A DNA stretch of 64,000 bases from Malacoraja senta (Eukaryota). Under the pieces are notes generated by a model. That model was not told where the DNA came from and ran no database searches. It worked only from the letters and a program-made list of their open reading frames with translations. Where the stretch lies: NCBI GenBank assembly GCA_038087875.1, contig CM075991.1:3844001-3908000 (forward strand). The letters are read 5' to 3'. Of the stretch, positions 1-14,029 are shown piece by piece (the first letter of the stretch is position 1; each line of letters begins with the position of its first letter). Both the position numbers and the translations under genes were made by a program.

Positions 1-965
1 TCTCACCCCCTTCCCAAATTACTACCTATGATGGTGACTTTAGCAATTCAACTCAGCAGCTCAGTGGTAAAGCTGCTGCCTCACAGCACTGGAGACCCAG
101 GTTCGATCATGACCACAACTGCTGCCTGTGTGGAGTTTTCACATTCTCCCTGTGACTGCATGGGTTTTCTCTGGGTGCTCCAGTTTCCTCCTACATCTTA
201 AAGACGTGCAGCTTTGTAGGTCAATTGACCTCTAAATTGCATTTGCTGTTTAGGGAGTGGGTGGAAAAAGTGGGATAACATAGTGTGAATGGTCAACGTG
301 GACTTAGTGGGCCAAAGAGCTTGTTTTCACACTATATCTAACCTCCATCTATGCATTGAGTTGAGAAAACTGAGACACTCTTATTCTTGCAAAATCTTCT
401 AGGAGCTTGCTGGAGTTGATCTGGAGACAATGTGTCAACACCATTCTCGTGCTGTCTTCCTGTAACCTTCAACGCCCTTGCTAATCATTAACCTATCAAT
501 CTCCGCTTTAAAAATATCTTCTGACGTGGCCTCCACCACTGTTAGTAGCAATGAATTCCACAGTTTCTCCACCCTCTGGCAAAATAAATTCCTCTTCATT
601 CTAAAGGTAATTTTAATCTGAGGCTGTGCCCTCTGGTACTAGACTCTACTGGGAATGTGGGCAAAAGTGGTGAAGAAACTCAGCGGGTGCAGCAGCATCT
701 ATGGAGCGAAGGAAATAGGCAACGTTTCGGACCGAAACCCTTCTTCAGACTGATCTTTACTGGAAATATCCTCTCCGTATCCACTCTATCCAGTCCTTTC
801 ATTATTTGGTAATTTTAAATGAGACCCCTCCCCCTCATCCTAAACTCTAGTGAGTACAGGCCCAGAGCCATCAAATGCTCCTAGTGCGTCAATCCAGGTG
901 GGACAGGGTTGATTCTCTTAAACTGAGGATTGTGGAAACAAAGAATGTGTGCTCTTCACCTTCAG

Positions 966-1117
966 GAGGAGGAGGAGCTGATCATTGAGGGTCTCCTGAA
1001 CATCTCGTGGGGACTGAGGAGGCCAATCCGGTTACAGATGCAGGATGACAACGAGCGAATCCGACCGCCACCCTCTTCAACCTCCTGGCACTCTGGGTGC
1101 AGCGTGGAGACACAGAG
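966..1117 (+). CDS. RASSF2: RASSF2 exon ([16 protein letters not shown]...SVETQR)
   Basis: ttcag| acceptor, |gtagg donor, 152 nt. Confidence 0.93.
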
Positions 1118-4100
1118 GTAGGTGTGCAGAACGGTGGAGCAGCAGTAGAGTTGCTGCCCCACAGAGCCAGGGACCTGGGTTCAATCCTGACAGTGGGTGC
1201 TGTCTGTACGCAGTTTGTACATTCTCCCTGTGACCACGTGGGTTTTCTCCGGGTGCTTGGGTTTCCTCCCGCACTCCAGACATACAGGTTTGTACGTTAA
1301 TTGGCTTCTGTAAATTGTCCCTAGTGTTTAGGATGGTGTACAATTCGATCGCTGGTCGGCGTTGAATCGGTGAGCCGAAGGGCCTGTTTCCATGCTGTAT
1401 CTCAAGGGGGGGGGGGGGGGAGAGTCTGTTCCTTTCTGAGCCTGGAAGGGCAGCAACAGAAGAGGGGGGGGGGGGTGGTGGTGGAGATAAGGGGCACATG
1501 TTGGAAGTAAAATCTGTTTCACGCTGTGGGATCAGTTTTGTGGTTTAATTGAACTCCAGATCCTGGCCGACTGTTTGAATCGTTGGTTTCTTTCTCTTTG
1601 CTTTCCTCTCCCTTAGGCCAACTAAGTTGACGTGGGTGCTGCCAGATATCAAGGTGGAGGAGTCGGAGAGCCCACCTGACACCAGTGGTTCTACTGCACC
1701 TGATGATGCTAGTAAGCCTGCTCGCAATGCAGTGGATGTATTGGGTCAACTTACCATTCACACCTGGACACCATGAGTGACCATAAGTGATGGGAGCAGA
1801 AATAGGCCATTCGGCCCATTAAATCGACTCTGCCATTGAACCATGACTGATATATCCCTCCCTCCTAACCCCATTCTCCTGCCTTCTCCCCATAACCTCT
1901 GACACCTGCGATGTCCCTGATATTTTATCTGGTTCCTGCAGTTTAATTTGGTTTAGAGATGCACCATGGAAACAAGGCTTTCAACCCACCAAGTCCACAT
2001 TGACCATTAATCACCCATTTACACTTGTTCTCTGTTATCCCCTATCTGATCCACTCCCGACACACTAGTGGTAATTTAACCTACCAACCCATGCGGGCCA
2101 GTGGAAGGGCCAGTTTCCATGCTGAATATCAATGGTGAGATGGTGGCCAAAACTGAACTCCATACTCCAAATGTGGCCTCACCAATGTCTTGTACTGCAA
2201 CATGACTTCCCGACTTCTCTACTCTGACTGATGAAAACGCTCTGTACACTCTTGAGGCAGTGAAAGCCTACTCTGTTGCTTCACCAGATGCGCAAGACAG
2301 CGGCCCCAGTGACCTGTGCAGCTCGCAGCTAATGCGGACAAAGAGCGATGCTGGCGTCCTCAGGAGGGACAAGTTACGGACGCCGGGCGACCAGCGGAGG
2401 ATCAGACGCCACCGGTTCTCCATCAACGGCCACTTCTACAACCACAAGGTAACGGCGCAGCTCCCTGCAGTGTTACAGCTGTCCCTCATTGCCAGTGTTC
2501 ACTGAGAACGGGGCCATCTGAAACTGAGCTGCCTCCTGGCTTGTGAGGTCTGGTGGAATACGTTCTTGGAGCCTTAACGTTGTCTGCAAATAACATCCTT
2601 CTGAGAAAGTCTTTGACCTGATACATTAACTTTTTTTTCTGCAGATGCTGAGTGTTGCGATGACTTTCTGTTTGTGTTTGCTTTCTTTTTAGAACCTTGT
2701 CTGTTTCATTACACTTTTGGCCCTCGTTGTAGGGTCCTGCAAATTAATCTGCAGATCTTGGAGCACGGTCATACATAGATGAACTCTCCAGCTCAGTTAC
2801 CGGGTCGCCTTGATGGGGAAACATTAGATGTGCCGAATGTGTTGGAAGATTAAGGTGTCTCCACAGATGCTACCTGGCCCACTGAGTTCCTCCAGCACGT
2901 TGATTTGCTCAAGATTCCAACATCTGCGATTCCTTGGGTCTCCAAATTAAAGTTGTGCCTAGGCACTTGCTTATGCTTCTGTTCCATGAAGAAAGTCTAT
3001 CTGGAGTGGTGTTTGGTATTGGAACAGAATGAGGCAATTTGACCCTCCATGCCTCCTCCAGCCAGCTCTACCCCATATCAACTGACAACTTTGGGCTGGT
3101 ATTGATGATAAAACTGCAATGGATTAAGATATTTTAGCTATAGTAGAGGATTCGAGAATCAAAGGCCAAGAATAAAGAACCAGAGGACATAGATGTAAGG
3201 GGAGGGGTGGGAAGAGTTTTAATAGGAACCTGAGGGGTAACATTTTCACACAAGGGTGTTGGGTATATGGAAGAAGATGCCAGACGACGTAGTTGAGGCA
3301 GCTACTATTGCAACGTTTAAAACATTTAGACATGTATTTGGATACCACAGGCTTAGAGGGGTATGGGCCAAACGCAGGAAGGTGGGACTAGTGCAGATGG
3401 GACATGTTGGCTGGTGTGGGCAAATTGGGCATGTTTCCACTCTGTAGACTCTGAGTAGCTGTGTGGAAGAGTTCCACATTTCCACCACCCTCTGTTTCCT
3501 AACAACTTCTGTGAATATTTTGTTCTACCGTGCCGCATTGTTCTGGTGCCAACCAATGGGGAAGTGCTCCAGTCACCATTCATTGGCATCAGTTTATGAA
3601 GGGCATGTGCTTCACCAGAGTGGTTAATCCTGGCAAGTGCTGCCACCCTCTGGAGGAAACGAGTACAATACCTGTGCTTGCACTGATGAAAGGCATTGGA
3701 ACTGGGCGAGAGACTTCACTTCAGACACTTCTTGACCTGGAAGGGGAACCACCGGTGTCTTCTCTCAGGGGCAGAGTCTAGGACTAGGGGGGCGCAGCTT
3801 GACAATGATGGGCTGGATATTTGGGCCTGAGATTATTGATTAGTACGGGTGTCAGGGGTTATGGGGAGAAGGCAGGAGAATGGGGTGAGGAGGGTGAGAT
3901 AGATCGGCCATGATTGAATGGTGGTGGAGACTCAATGGGCTGAATGGCCTAATTCTGCAATAATCACATGAACTTATGACCTGATGAGGAGAAACATCTT
4001 CACTCAAAAGGCAGTGATCCTTTGGCATTATCTTCCCCAATGGGGCTGTGGGTTTGAATTTGTGTTTTCATTCAAAACAGAGGTGGGTTTTTGGGCAATA

Positions 4101-7100
4101 TGAGCATCGAGGGATTGGGCTACAAAAATGTCTTGCAGGTCAATCTATGATTTGGTGAATGGCGGAGCAGGGCTCAATGGGCTGGATGGACAAGTTGTGA
4201 CTACACCTTTTTCCTTTTCTCATATCCCCTGTACCCCCTCCCCTCTCCTGCACTACACTGGTTGAAGGGCCCTGATCCAAAACGTCACCGATCCATGTTC
4301 TCCAGAGAAGCTGCCTGACCCACTGAGTTGATCTAACACTTTTTTTGTAAGTCGGCATCTGTGGTTACTTGTGTCTATAATGTGCTCCTACATCCTGTCT
4401 TCACCCCTAAACTGTCTTGGCATCTAGGCTCGACCCCAAATGAGAAGGAAACTTCTCCAACTGAACACTTCATAGTTAAGGCATGCACTTCCTTTGAGTC
4501 CATCCTTGTCCCAGGCCAACTGAACCTAAGCTAGAGGGGGTTGTTCTCTTATCTGTACCATTAAAAAAAATGAGACTGTTTGCTTTCACCTCTGTAACGT
4601 TGTTGGACTCTCCCTCAGTCCATGTGGAAAATATTACTTGTGACTTTTTTCTAGAGACCCACTCAGTAAAGCTGTGAGCCCATGCTCTCTACCCATGTTC
4701 TGAGATGCATTGCTCACCTCTCAGACTACTTCATGCTAATCAACTTGCAGAACGTCTTTAACATTTAAAAAACTAATTTCTTGCCCTGTTTGCAAATTCT
4801 ATCCACCCTTGCCTTCCTCATTGCTGTAAATTCCTCCAGCTCTACAACTTCCAAGATCTCTGCAATCATTCATATCTGGCATCTTGCCTGTGCTGCAATT
4901 TGATTGCCCTGCCGTTAACCCTTTCGGCTGCTGAAGCTCGAATCCTGGATCACTCCAATCCTCCAAACCCTCCCTCTTTGATCAGGCTCTGCTCTGCAGT
5001 CTTTTGCGGCTGCCCGTCATGTTAGCTGCCACCACTGACTTGCAGCAGCAGTAATCCAGGTTCAACCCCCCTCTGCTCCTGCATGGAGTTTGTGCGTTGT
5101 CCTTGTGAATATATGGGTTTCTCCAGAGCTCTCTGATTTCCTCCCACGTCCTGTAGGTTAGTAGTTTAGAGATACGGTGTGGAAACTGGCCCTTTGGCCC
5201 ATCAAGTCCACTCTGACCAGTGATCACCCATCCACTAGTTCTGTCCTACAACCTAGGGACAATTTACAATTTACAGAAGCCAATTAACCTACAAACCTGC
5301 ATGTCTTTGGAATGTGGGAAGAAACCACAGAGAATATTTAACGGGTCAAACAACATCTAGTGGGAGAAGTCTGAAGAAGGGTCTCTACCCGAAACATCAC
5401 CATTCCTTGTCTCCAGAGATGCTGCCTGTCCTGCTGAGTTACTCCAGCATTTTGTGTCTACCTTCGATTTAAACCAGCATCTGCAGGGTTTTTTTGCCCT
5501 ACACATTTATGGAGAGAAGCTGGGAGAATGTTTGAGTCTGAAAAAGTCATTGAACTGAAATGTTGGCACAAAGTAGAATAATTCAGCGGGTCAGGCTGCA
5601 CCTCTCCCAGAGACTCACTCCAAACTAGCTGAGTTACTCCAGCACCCATTGTAAACCAGGACCTGCAGTTCCTGGTTTCTGACCTGAAATGTTAACTGTT
5701 TGCCTCTTCACAGATGCAGTCTGATCGGCTGAGTATTTTCTGGCAACCTAGATTCCGGCTTCTGCAGTTTTTTGCTTGTCAATATACAGTAAATGCTAGC
5801 TATTGTTTTAGTTTGAGATGTTGAAGGCTCTTCTGCATTGCTCTTGGGCAGACTATCTGACTGCATTCATGATGATTCCAGCAGGCTTGTCTAACTAGGT
5901 GCTTTGTGGGGCAGCACAGCGGTAGAGTTGTTTACTGCACCAGAGGCCTAGGTTGGATCCTGATTTGGTGCTGTTTGATCTAGGTTTGGTGCTGTCCTTG
6001 CAGGAATTTGTACATTCTCTCTGTGACTGTATGGGGTTTTCTCCAGGCGTTCCAGATTCCTCCCACACAAGATGTACAGGTTTGTAGGTTAATTAGCTTT
6101 GGTAAAATTGTAAATTGTCCTAAGTGTGAAAGATAGTGCTAGTGTATGGGGATCGCTGGTTGGCACAGATTCGGTGGGCTGAAGTTTGCGTTGTATGTCT
6201 AAAGTGTGTAAGTGGTAACTGATGCTCAGACAGGGTGGCATAGTGTGATCTGCCAGCTGGGTGTGTGTCTCCTTCACAAAGGCCTCTCATGGAACTTTTC
6301 TTTTGCAGACGTCTGTCTTTACCCCGGCTTTTGGCTCGATCACCAACGTCCGTGTCAACAGCACCATGAGCACTGTTCAGGTGCTCAACCTCCTCCTCAA
6401 CAAGTTTAAGGTAAGCTCGTTCATCAGGCTGCAAGCTGAGACTCTTTGTCTGTATTAGCAAGACCCGCTATTCCTTTTCCCTGACTCCTGAAGCCACTGC
6501 TGGCTGTTTAACATCATCTGCCTCCATTCTCCATAAGCTCTTGTCTATTCTGAACCCCACTGCTTGTATCCAATCCCACTTGTTTTCTTAATCCTAATTT
6601 CCTGAAGAGTGGGGAACAGGAACGTACACTTCCCTTACAATTGTCAATTGATAACACTACAATTGTCCATGCGTAGACTACAGACCAAGTGTTAATAAGT
6701 GGGATCAGCATAAAGTTTATAACCATATAACAATTACAGCACGGAAACAGGCCATCTCGGCCCTTCTAGTCCGTGCCGAACACTTACTCTCACCTAGTCC
6801 CATCTACCTGCACTCAGACCATAACCCTCATTTATGGTGAGCATGGACATAGTGGACAAAGGTGTGCTGTATGACTCCAAGACATGATTATTCAGTTCAG
6901 TTTATTGTCGGGTGTATCGATGTACAGTAAAACGCTTTTTGTTGCATGCTAACCAGCCAGTGGAAAGACAATACATGATTACAATCTATCTATTTACAGT
7001 GTATAGATACATGGTAAGGGAATGACTTTTAGTGGAAGGTAGAGCCAACAAAGTCTGATCAAGGATAGTCTAAGGGTTATCAAAGAAGTAAATAATGGTT

Positions 7101-10100
7101 CAGCACTGCTCTCTGGTTGTGGTAGGATGATTCGCTCCTAAATGGCTACCTTTTTATTTTGAAACTTTTCTTTCTTTGTCCTGGTCCTCAGCCAGGGAAA
7201 CATCTTTACTGCATATGACATATTGATCCTTTGGTTTTGTAACTTGCACTTCAATCTTTCTCATTCTTTTTTAAATCTGGAGAATACAGGCATCTGTTCT
7301 CCTCCATGACAAGCCTACAGGCCAGGAGCCAGTTGGGTGAATCTTCAATGCACTCCCGACACAATACAGTATATCCTTTGAGGAATGTATAAAGATGGCA
7401 AAGTACTTCCACCGTTAAGGGGATCTACAGGAAAGGCAGCCAATATTGTGTAGAACCTACATCACCATGGCCACGCTCTCTTCTCACCACAACCATCAAA
7501 ACTAAGATGGAAGAGTCTGAGAACTGCTACCTCCAGAAGAATAACTTCTTTCATTGAAACCATCAGGTTCCTAAATCACCCTGTGCAACCTTATCTCAAC
7601 ACCAAACCACTACGGACTTTGCACTACTTTAGCTGCTTTACATACTTTGGTTTTTGCACTATCATAGTCTAGATCACTAGAATAACTAATCATTTAATGT
7701 ATTTATTTCGGTGCTGTTGCATCTAATGTGCCTGGGATTAGAACGGGTGTCAAGGGTTATGGGCGAAGGCAGGAAAATGGGATTAGGAGGCAGAGATCAG
7801 CCATGATAGAATGGCAGAGTAGACTCTATGGGCCGAATGGCCTAATAAATTCTACTCCTAGAACTTGTGAAGCTGAAGTCATTATTCTGTTTTATTTCCA
7901 TTGCATATGACCAAAAACATTCTTGCCTCTTTAAGTAAGGAAATAAAAACTGCTCCAGTTAGTCTTGTAGACCCTCTACAAATGCAAATATTTGTGAAGT
8001 TGATGAAGACAATTATTTTGGTTGGAACCAACAGTCTCTCTATTCGTTTCCAGATTGAAAACAGCTCTGATGAGTTTGCACTTTACGTTGTTCATGCCAG
8101 TGGAGGTGAGTTGGTGGCTGATGTTTGTGCAGTCTGAACAAATGTCTTCTAATAGCACAAGTATTTATGCTGGTAAACAAACTACTAGACCATGAAGTGG
8201 TGGTTATTATATAGAATGAGCTTTTAGACGAGAGTGGTACAGCTTGAAGAACCGCTGCCTCTTAGTGCAAGTGTAGGTTAATTGGTCTCTGTAAATAATA
8301 ATAATAATGGATGGGATTTATATAGCGCCTTTCTAATACTCAAGGCGCTTTACATCGCATTATCCATTCACTCCTCAGTCACACTCGGTGGTGGTGAGCT
8401 ACTTCTGTAGCCACAGCTGCCCTGGGGCAGACTGACGGAAGCGTGGCTGCTAATCTGCGCCTACGGCCCCTCCGACCACCACCAATCACTCACACACATT
8501 CACACGCAGGCAAAGGTGGGTGGAGTGTCTTGCCCAAGGACACGATGACAGTATGCACTCCAAGCGGGATTCGAACCGGCTACCTTCCGGTTGCCAGCCG
8601 AACACTTAGCCCATTGCGCCATCTGTCGTCCCGAGTGTAGAGAATGGATAAATAAGTGGGATAACATGGGACTAGCATGAACAGGTGATCAATGGTTGAT
8701 GTTTAATCAATCCACATGTTTAATCAAGGTTTTATTATTAATGCTTAATGTGTCATTCCTAAGTGTCACTCTGTCATTGTCACTTGCGGGCGGAGCACCA
8801 AGGCAAATTCCTTGTATGTGAATACTTGGCCAATAAACTTATTCATTCATTCATGTGAACTTGGTGGGCCAAGAGACCTCTTTCCATGCCATATCTCTAA
8901 ACTAAATAAGGTAGTCGTGGCAGGTACTATAAACCGCATTAAAAGACACTTCGACAGGTACATGGATAGGAAAAGTATCCATGAGGGATATGGGGCTGAC
9001 ATTGGCAAATGGGACCATCTTAGATGGGGCATTTTGGTGGAGTTGGGTTGGAGGGCCTGTTTCCATGTTGGGTGACTCTATAACTCTGTATCAAATACAT
9101 CAAGAAGACAGAAAATAGGAGCCTGCCCCACCATTTAATATGATCACAGCTGGTCTATCCTGGCCTCAATTCCTTTTCTCTGTCAGTTTGTCATATTCCT
9201 CTACCTTTCAAATATTTATCTCTTTCCACCTGAAATGTATAACAATCTGGAACATGTAAGAAGGAACTGCAGATGTTGGTTTACATTGAAGATGGACACA
9301 AAAATGCTGGAGTAGCTCAGTAGGTCAGGCAGCACATCTGGAGAAAAGTCATGGGTGACATTTCAGGTTGAAACTCTTCACCTGGCCCACTGAGTTACTT
9401 CAGGTGGATAACACTCTGAGGATAGCCTGACACTAAGTGGTGCAGCTGGTACAGCCACTGCCTCGCATCTCCAAAGACTGATTCAAATCCAACTTTGAGC
9501 TGTCAGAGTGGACATTCTCCCTCTGCATGGATTTCCATGGGTACTCCAATTTCCCCTTGTATCCCAAAGACCTATGGATAATGATGGCACAGTGACTGAG
9601 CAGTAGAGTTGCTGCCTTACAGCGCCAGAGACCTGGGTTTAATTCTGACTACAAATGCTATCTGTATGGAGTTTGCATGATCTCATTGTGACCCCCTGTG
9701 TTTTCTCTGGGTGCTCTGGTTTCCTCTTGCGTTCCAAAGATGTGCAGGTTTACAGGTCAATTGGCTCCTGTAAATTGTTCCTAGTGTGGAGGATAGGGAC
9801 TAGTGTATGGGCTGGTCGGTGTGGACTTGTGGGGCAAACCGTCTTTTTCCAATCAGTCTCTAAATTAAACTAAATGAAAAGCCTAGATAGTTCATGTGGC
9901 AAGGATACTTCCAGTAATGGGAGATACACACATGCTGGAATAACTCAGCAGGACGGGCAGCATCTCTGGAGAGAAGGAATGGGTGATGTTTCAGGTCGGG
10001 ACCCTTCAGACTGATGATTCCAGTAATGGGACTGTCTAAATCCAGATTGCACCACCTCAGAATTAAAAGATGTACCTATAGAATGAAGATGAGGAAGTAT

Positions 10101-11802
10101 TTCATTAGTCAGAGGGTGGTGAATCTGTTGAATTCATTGCCACAAATGGCTGTGGAGACATTTTTAAAGAGGAGATTGATAAGTTTGTGATTGGAAGGAC
10201 ATCAAAGGTTATGGGGAGAATAAGGTTGATGGGGGAGGGGGGGGGGAAATAGATGGCCATTGATTGAGTTACAGAGCGGACACTGGACTGAATGGCCTAA
10301 TTCTACTCTTGTGTCTTATGGTCTCCTGGGTTACCAGTTAACTAGTGATTGTAAATCACCCCCAAGTGTGGAGATTGGTGGTTAATGGATATGTGGACAA
10401 ATAAAATTGGATTAGTGGGAATGGGTACTAGATGGCTGGAGCGGAAAATGGGGCCGAGTGGTTTGTTTCCATGTAGTATGATTCTAAGCATTGCAAGCAC
10501 CAGGTCTGATGTCTTGCAGTCACTGGGCTCAGGGGGCTGAGTTTTGCGAGACAGCTGCCCATTCATTTCCTGGGTGTATTAAAGCATTGTAAATAGAATA
10601 TTGTTTTGATGGCAGAAGGAATGCCAAAAAATGTATTGATTGACTGGTACTTCCATTTAAATGTTTATGACCAGATTTAATTATTTTTGAGGGGGAAAAA
10701 ATATCTCAAATCCTCAGTCATTTTTTTACCTTGTCTATTCATGAATTTTGCAGAGAGAACAAAATTGAAGGATTCGGACTATCCCCTCATTGCCCGCATT
10801 CTTCAGGGGCCGTGCGAGGCGATATCCAAAATCTTTCTGATGGAGAAGGACCTGGGAGAAGAGGTCACGTATGATGTACGTCCATAACTTCACATTTCTT
10901 CAACAACCTAAACTGTAATTTGAGCTGAAGGGGGGGGGGGGCCTCGAGTTGAACATGTGCATGTACCTCAGCTATCCAATTGTGAAAGCTGGTTAACTGG
11001 ATGAGTGGTATTGCCACTGATGTCTTGGGAATATTGCTAATTACATGGAAAGGGTTTGAAGTTTTTCCTCTTCTCCACTCTTATTCAGGTTGCTCAGTAC
11101 ATCAAGTTTGAAATGCCAGTTCTTCAAAGCTTTATCGTAAAGTTGAAAGAAGAGGAGGACCGCGAAGTAAAAAAGTTAACACGCAAGTGAGTTCCATGCA
11201 ACTTTTCTGGCATTCTAATAATCGAGCGTTGCCTCTGCACCAGGGAATCTTTTTATCGACACTGTCTTTGCATAAGATGAAGGATGAGGGGGCATCTTAT
11301 AGAAACATATAAATGGACTGGACAAGCTAGACTGGACAAGCCAAAAAGGACTGGACAAGCAGAAAAAATGTTCCCAATGTTGGGCGAGTCCAGAACCAGG
11401 GGCCGCAGTCTTAGAATAAAGGGGAGGCCATTGAAGACTGAGGTGAGAAAAATCTTTTTCACCTAGAGAGTTGTGAACTTGTGGAATTCCCTGCCACAGA
11501 GGGCAGTGGAGGCCAAATCACTGGATGGATTTAAGAGAGAGTTAGATAGCCCTCTAGGGGCTAGTGGAATCAAGGGCTATAGGGAGAAGGGAGGCACGGG
11601 TTATTGATTGGGGACGATCAGCCATGATCACATCACAATGAATGGCGGTGCTGGCTCGAAGGGCCGAATGGCCTCCTCCAGCACCTATTTTCTATGTTTC
11701 TAAGATGGAGACTAAGATGTTTTCTTTTACAGATACTCGGTGTTGCGAGCCGTCATCGAGACGCGTGTACAGGAGCTGACTGAGTCCTGGGCACAGATAT
11801 GA
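966..11802 (+). CDS. RASSF2: Ras association domain family member 2, 5'-partial spliced CDS (first coding exons lie upstream of the window)
   Basis: Exons 966-1117, 1617-1711, 2261-2448, 6309-6410, 8054-8105, 10754-10875, 11089-11186 and 11733-11802 all have GT-AG boundaries and consistent phases. Peptides [50 protein letters not shown], the RA domain and SARAH-like [12 protein letters not shown] match recalled human RASSF2. Confidence 0.93.
1131..1403 (+). mobile_element. tRNA-derived V-SINE (HE1-like) with CR1-type tail
   Basis: Pol III B-box ggttcaatcc, V-domain-like cattctccctgtgaccacgtgggttttctccggg, tail gggcctgtttccatgctgtatctc. Further copies near 50-340, 5910-6200, 9587-9870, 15580-15870 (+) and 52120-52420 (-). 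Confidence 0.8.
1617..1711 (+). CDS. RASSF2: RASSF2 exon (variable linker [15 protein letters not shown]...)
   Basis: Polypyrimidine tract + ttag| acceptor, |gtaag donor; its phases bridge the flanking exons. Confidence 0.8.
2261..2448 (+). CDS. RASSF2: RASSF2 exon (...[10 protein letters not shown]...[13 protein letters not shown])
   Basis: gcag| acceptor, |gtaac donor; conserved peptide. Confidence 0.9.
6309..6410 (+). CDS. RASSF2: RASSF2 exon ([10 protein letters not shown]...NKFK)
   Basis: 102 nt, GT-AG, start of the RA domain. Confidence 0.93.
8054..8105 (+). CDS. RASSF2: RASSF2 exon ([17 protein letters not shown])
   Basis: 52 nt, GT-AG. Confidence 0.92.
8295..8633 (-). mobile_element. 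Second tRNA-derived SINE family (CORE-like, L2-type tail)
   Basis: Minus strand A-box tggcgcaatgg, B-box ggttcgaatcc, gtccttgggcaagacact core, gtaaagcgccttgag tail and (att)n. Confidence 0.75.
10754..10875 (+). CDS. RASSF2: RASSF2 exon ([20 protein letters not shown]...EEVTYD)
   Basis: 122 nt, GT-AG. Confidence 0.93.
11089..11186 (+). CDS. RASSF2: RASSF2 exon ([15 protein letters not shown]...)
   Basis: 98 nt, GT-AG, SARAH domain. Confidence 0.92.
11283..11701 (+). mobile_element. CR1 LINE 3' fragment
   Basis: [10 protein letters not shown]...RTRG..LRIKG; same 3'UTR as the 26991-30180 element. Confidence 0.9.
11733..11802 (+). CDS. RASSF2: RASSF2 last coding exon ([22 protein letters not shown])
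   Basis: ttttacag| acceptor, TGA at 11800-11802. Confidence 0.88.
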
Positions 11803-13933
11803 GATTTGCTCTAGCCGATGGAATGACTGCCACAAAGTAGCTTTGGGCCAATGTTCATTGCTGTTGGCACCTGGGTGATCAGGCAGAGACTATGCCTACC
11901 CTCAAACGAGGTATTCATACACCATTCACAGCCTCCCTTGCGGCAATATAATGTGCAAGGGCTCCAGAATAACATTGCTAACCCTCTTGGATTGCCCTGG
12001 AGACTGCAGAAATTGGATGAACAACCTTCAGGACTCTTCTGAGTGAAACTCGGGAGGATAAAAACATTTAAAATATTTTTCCATTTTTCTATTAACACAT
12101 TTTTGTTTATTAGTTGGAGAAATATAGAAGCTGTGGGCAGACAAAAAGACTGAAGACCATTAAACAACCGTTTGTTTCAAATTGAGATGGGAACATAGGG
12201 AGATCTGATGATGGACATATCAAGTAACCAAATGATGGCATGAAGAGGGTGGGATAATTTGGTCTTCAGCCCTCTCTCTCAGTGATGGAACCTCCAAGGA
12301 GATATCTCAATCATTGCTGGCAACTCTAGTTCTGAATCTTCCCAGGATTTTCCTCCAAATTATTAGTTTATTTTTAATAATTAAGGGCAGGTGAGATGCC
12401 TGGGAATCTCTGGAACACGACCATTTGTGAATCCCTGTTACAAAAGCAAAAATGTTTTATTGAAATGGAAGCACAAGTAAGATTGGAGAATTCTTTGCAG
12501 CAACAGCTTGTGGTGACAGAATGCTCTTGGTCTTGCATTTGAAATGTTTAAGTTGGAACTATTGATGAAAGAAATTTAGTTCATCTGTCTGCCCTCCCTG
12601 CTCTTTTCATTCTTTATTGTTAAATATTGTCCAGTGACCTTTGCTTCCTCACCCCTTGGTCACAAGGCCATGGGCCCGTCCCACACCAGACATCGGATGT
12701 TGTCAATAGACAATAGGTGTCGGAGTAGGCCATTTGGCCCTTCGAGCCAGCACCAATTGTCATTTGGATGAGGTCTTGTCTCTCTCTTTCTCTCAGGTAA
12801 ATTCCATGGTTGTGAAGAGCATGGGAGCTCTATTATGTCCTAGGTCAGTCTTTATCTCTCACTCAAGGTCACCAACATTATCTGGTCATTATTGCATTGT
12901 TCCTAGGAGCTAGAGTTCAGTTAGTTGATGTATTTCCACTAAGTCCAATGGTTTTGGGTCTTGTAACGAATCATTAAGTTTGCATATTGTCTCTCTTGGA
13001 CACGAGCATTTGTTTTTCTCATTTGTGGTAATGTAAAATAATTACCCTAGACAGGCTTGCTTCTCCCAATAACTGTTGTACACCTTCTTTACCACTCATT
13101 CGTATTATTATAGGTGCAGGGATGGATTTAATGGATGGCAGCCCTGTTCAGTACCACTGGCTCTCAGTGCCCATGTATAATAGAGAGTAAACAGGTTTTT
13201 GCCAGTGATATGAGTGTTAAGATATCGGCCATTTGCTGTCTTCATGTAAAAAGCACACAATGTTTCATTCGGAATATAATTGCACTTTTGATGTATGTGA
13301 TCCAGTGTTGGACTCGAGATGGAGAAATCTGATTACAAACAAATGTTCTTGAAGTATTTGGGTCTGAACTGATCACAATTAGCCAGAAACTGATTTTCAA
13401 AAACAAAATGGTCGCAAATAGTCAGGTTTATTTCCCCTTTCTTTGGACATGATTTTTTCTTCTTTTTTTTTGCAAGGTATATTCAGGCTCGTGTTTTAGT
13501 TCATTAACGAAGCAGTATGATTCTGCAGAATGTGACTGATAAATTTTTAGTACAGTTGTATTATCAGGGTGCGGATTCGCACGGCAAACACTGAGTCTTG
13601 CCATTGATGATTCCGGAAAGCACAGATGTAAACGGCCAAAGTTGCTCCTGAGGTGAAGGGAGTTTGCACCACTGGTTCGGCAGAAAAAAAGGTGTCGAGC
13701 TAAAGTCCCAGTTGGATGTATAAAGCTTGCAGACTGCTGGCTTTTTTGCTGTTCCCGTTTCAGAAGTTGCTGTAGTTGCACTTCATTGTTGTGTTCCTTC
13801 ATTGTTGCGTTCCTTGTCTTGAAGTGGTGTCATGTTTAATCCTGAGTGAACAAATTAATTGGCCATTTGCCCTAGTCTTGGTGCTGACTCAGTCCCTGGG
13901 CAGTGATTCTACTCGAGTTGAAATGGTGTTTGA

Positions 13934-14029
13934 AATAAATAAAATCTATTTTTCTGTCTTGCTATTCCACACACATTTCAGTAGCTAAAACCTGTGGAGC
14001 TATTTTTTAAAAGAATGCAGCTGAATAAA
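13934..14029 (+). terminator. Candidate RASSF2 polyadenylation signals (AATAAA cluster)
   Basis: AATAAATAAA near 13934 and AATAAA near 14024 end a ~2.2-kb, largely repeat-free 3'UTR-like stretch. Confidence 0.5.

Noticed and set aside
8560..8633. tRNA gene
   Set aside because: The A and B boxes belong to a SINE head followed by a core and LINE-type tail; no full cloverleaf is evident.
966..11802. RASSF4 assignment
   Set aside because: [33 protein letters not shown] matches recalled RASSF2.
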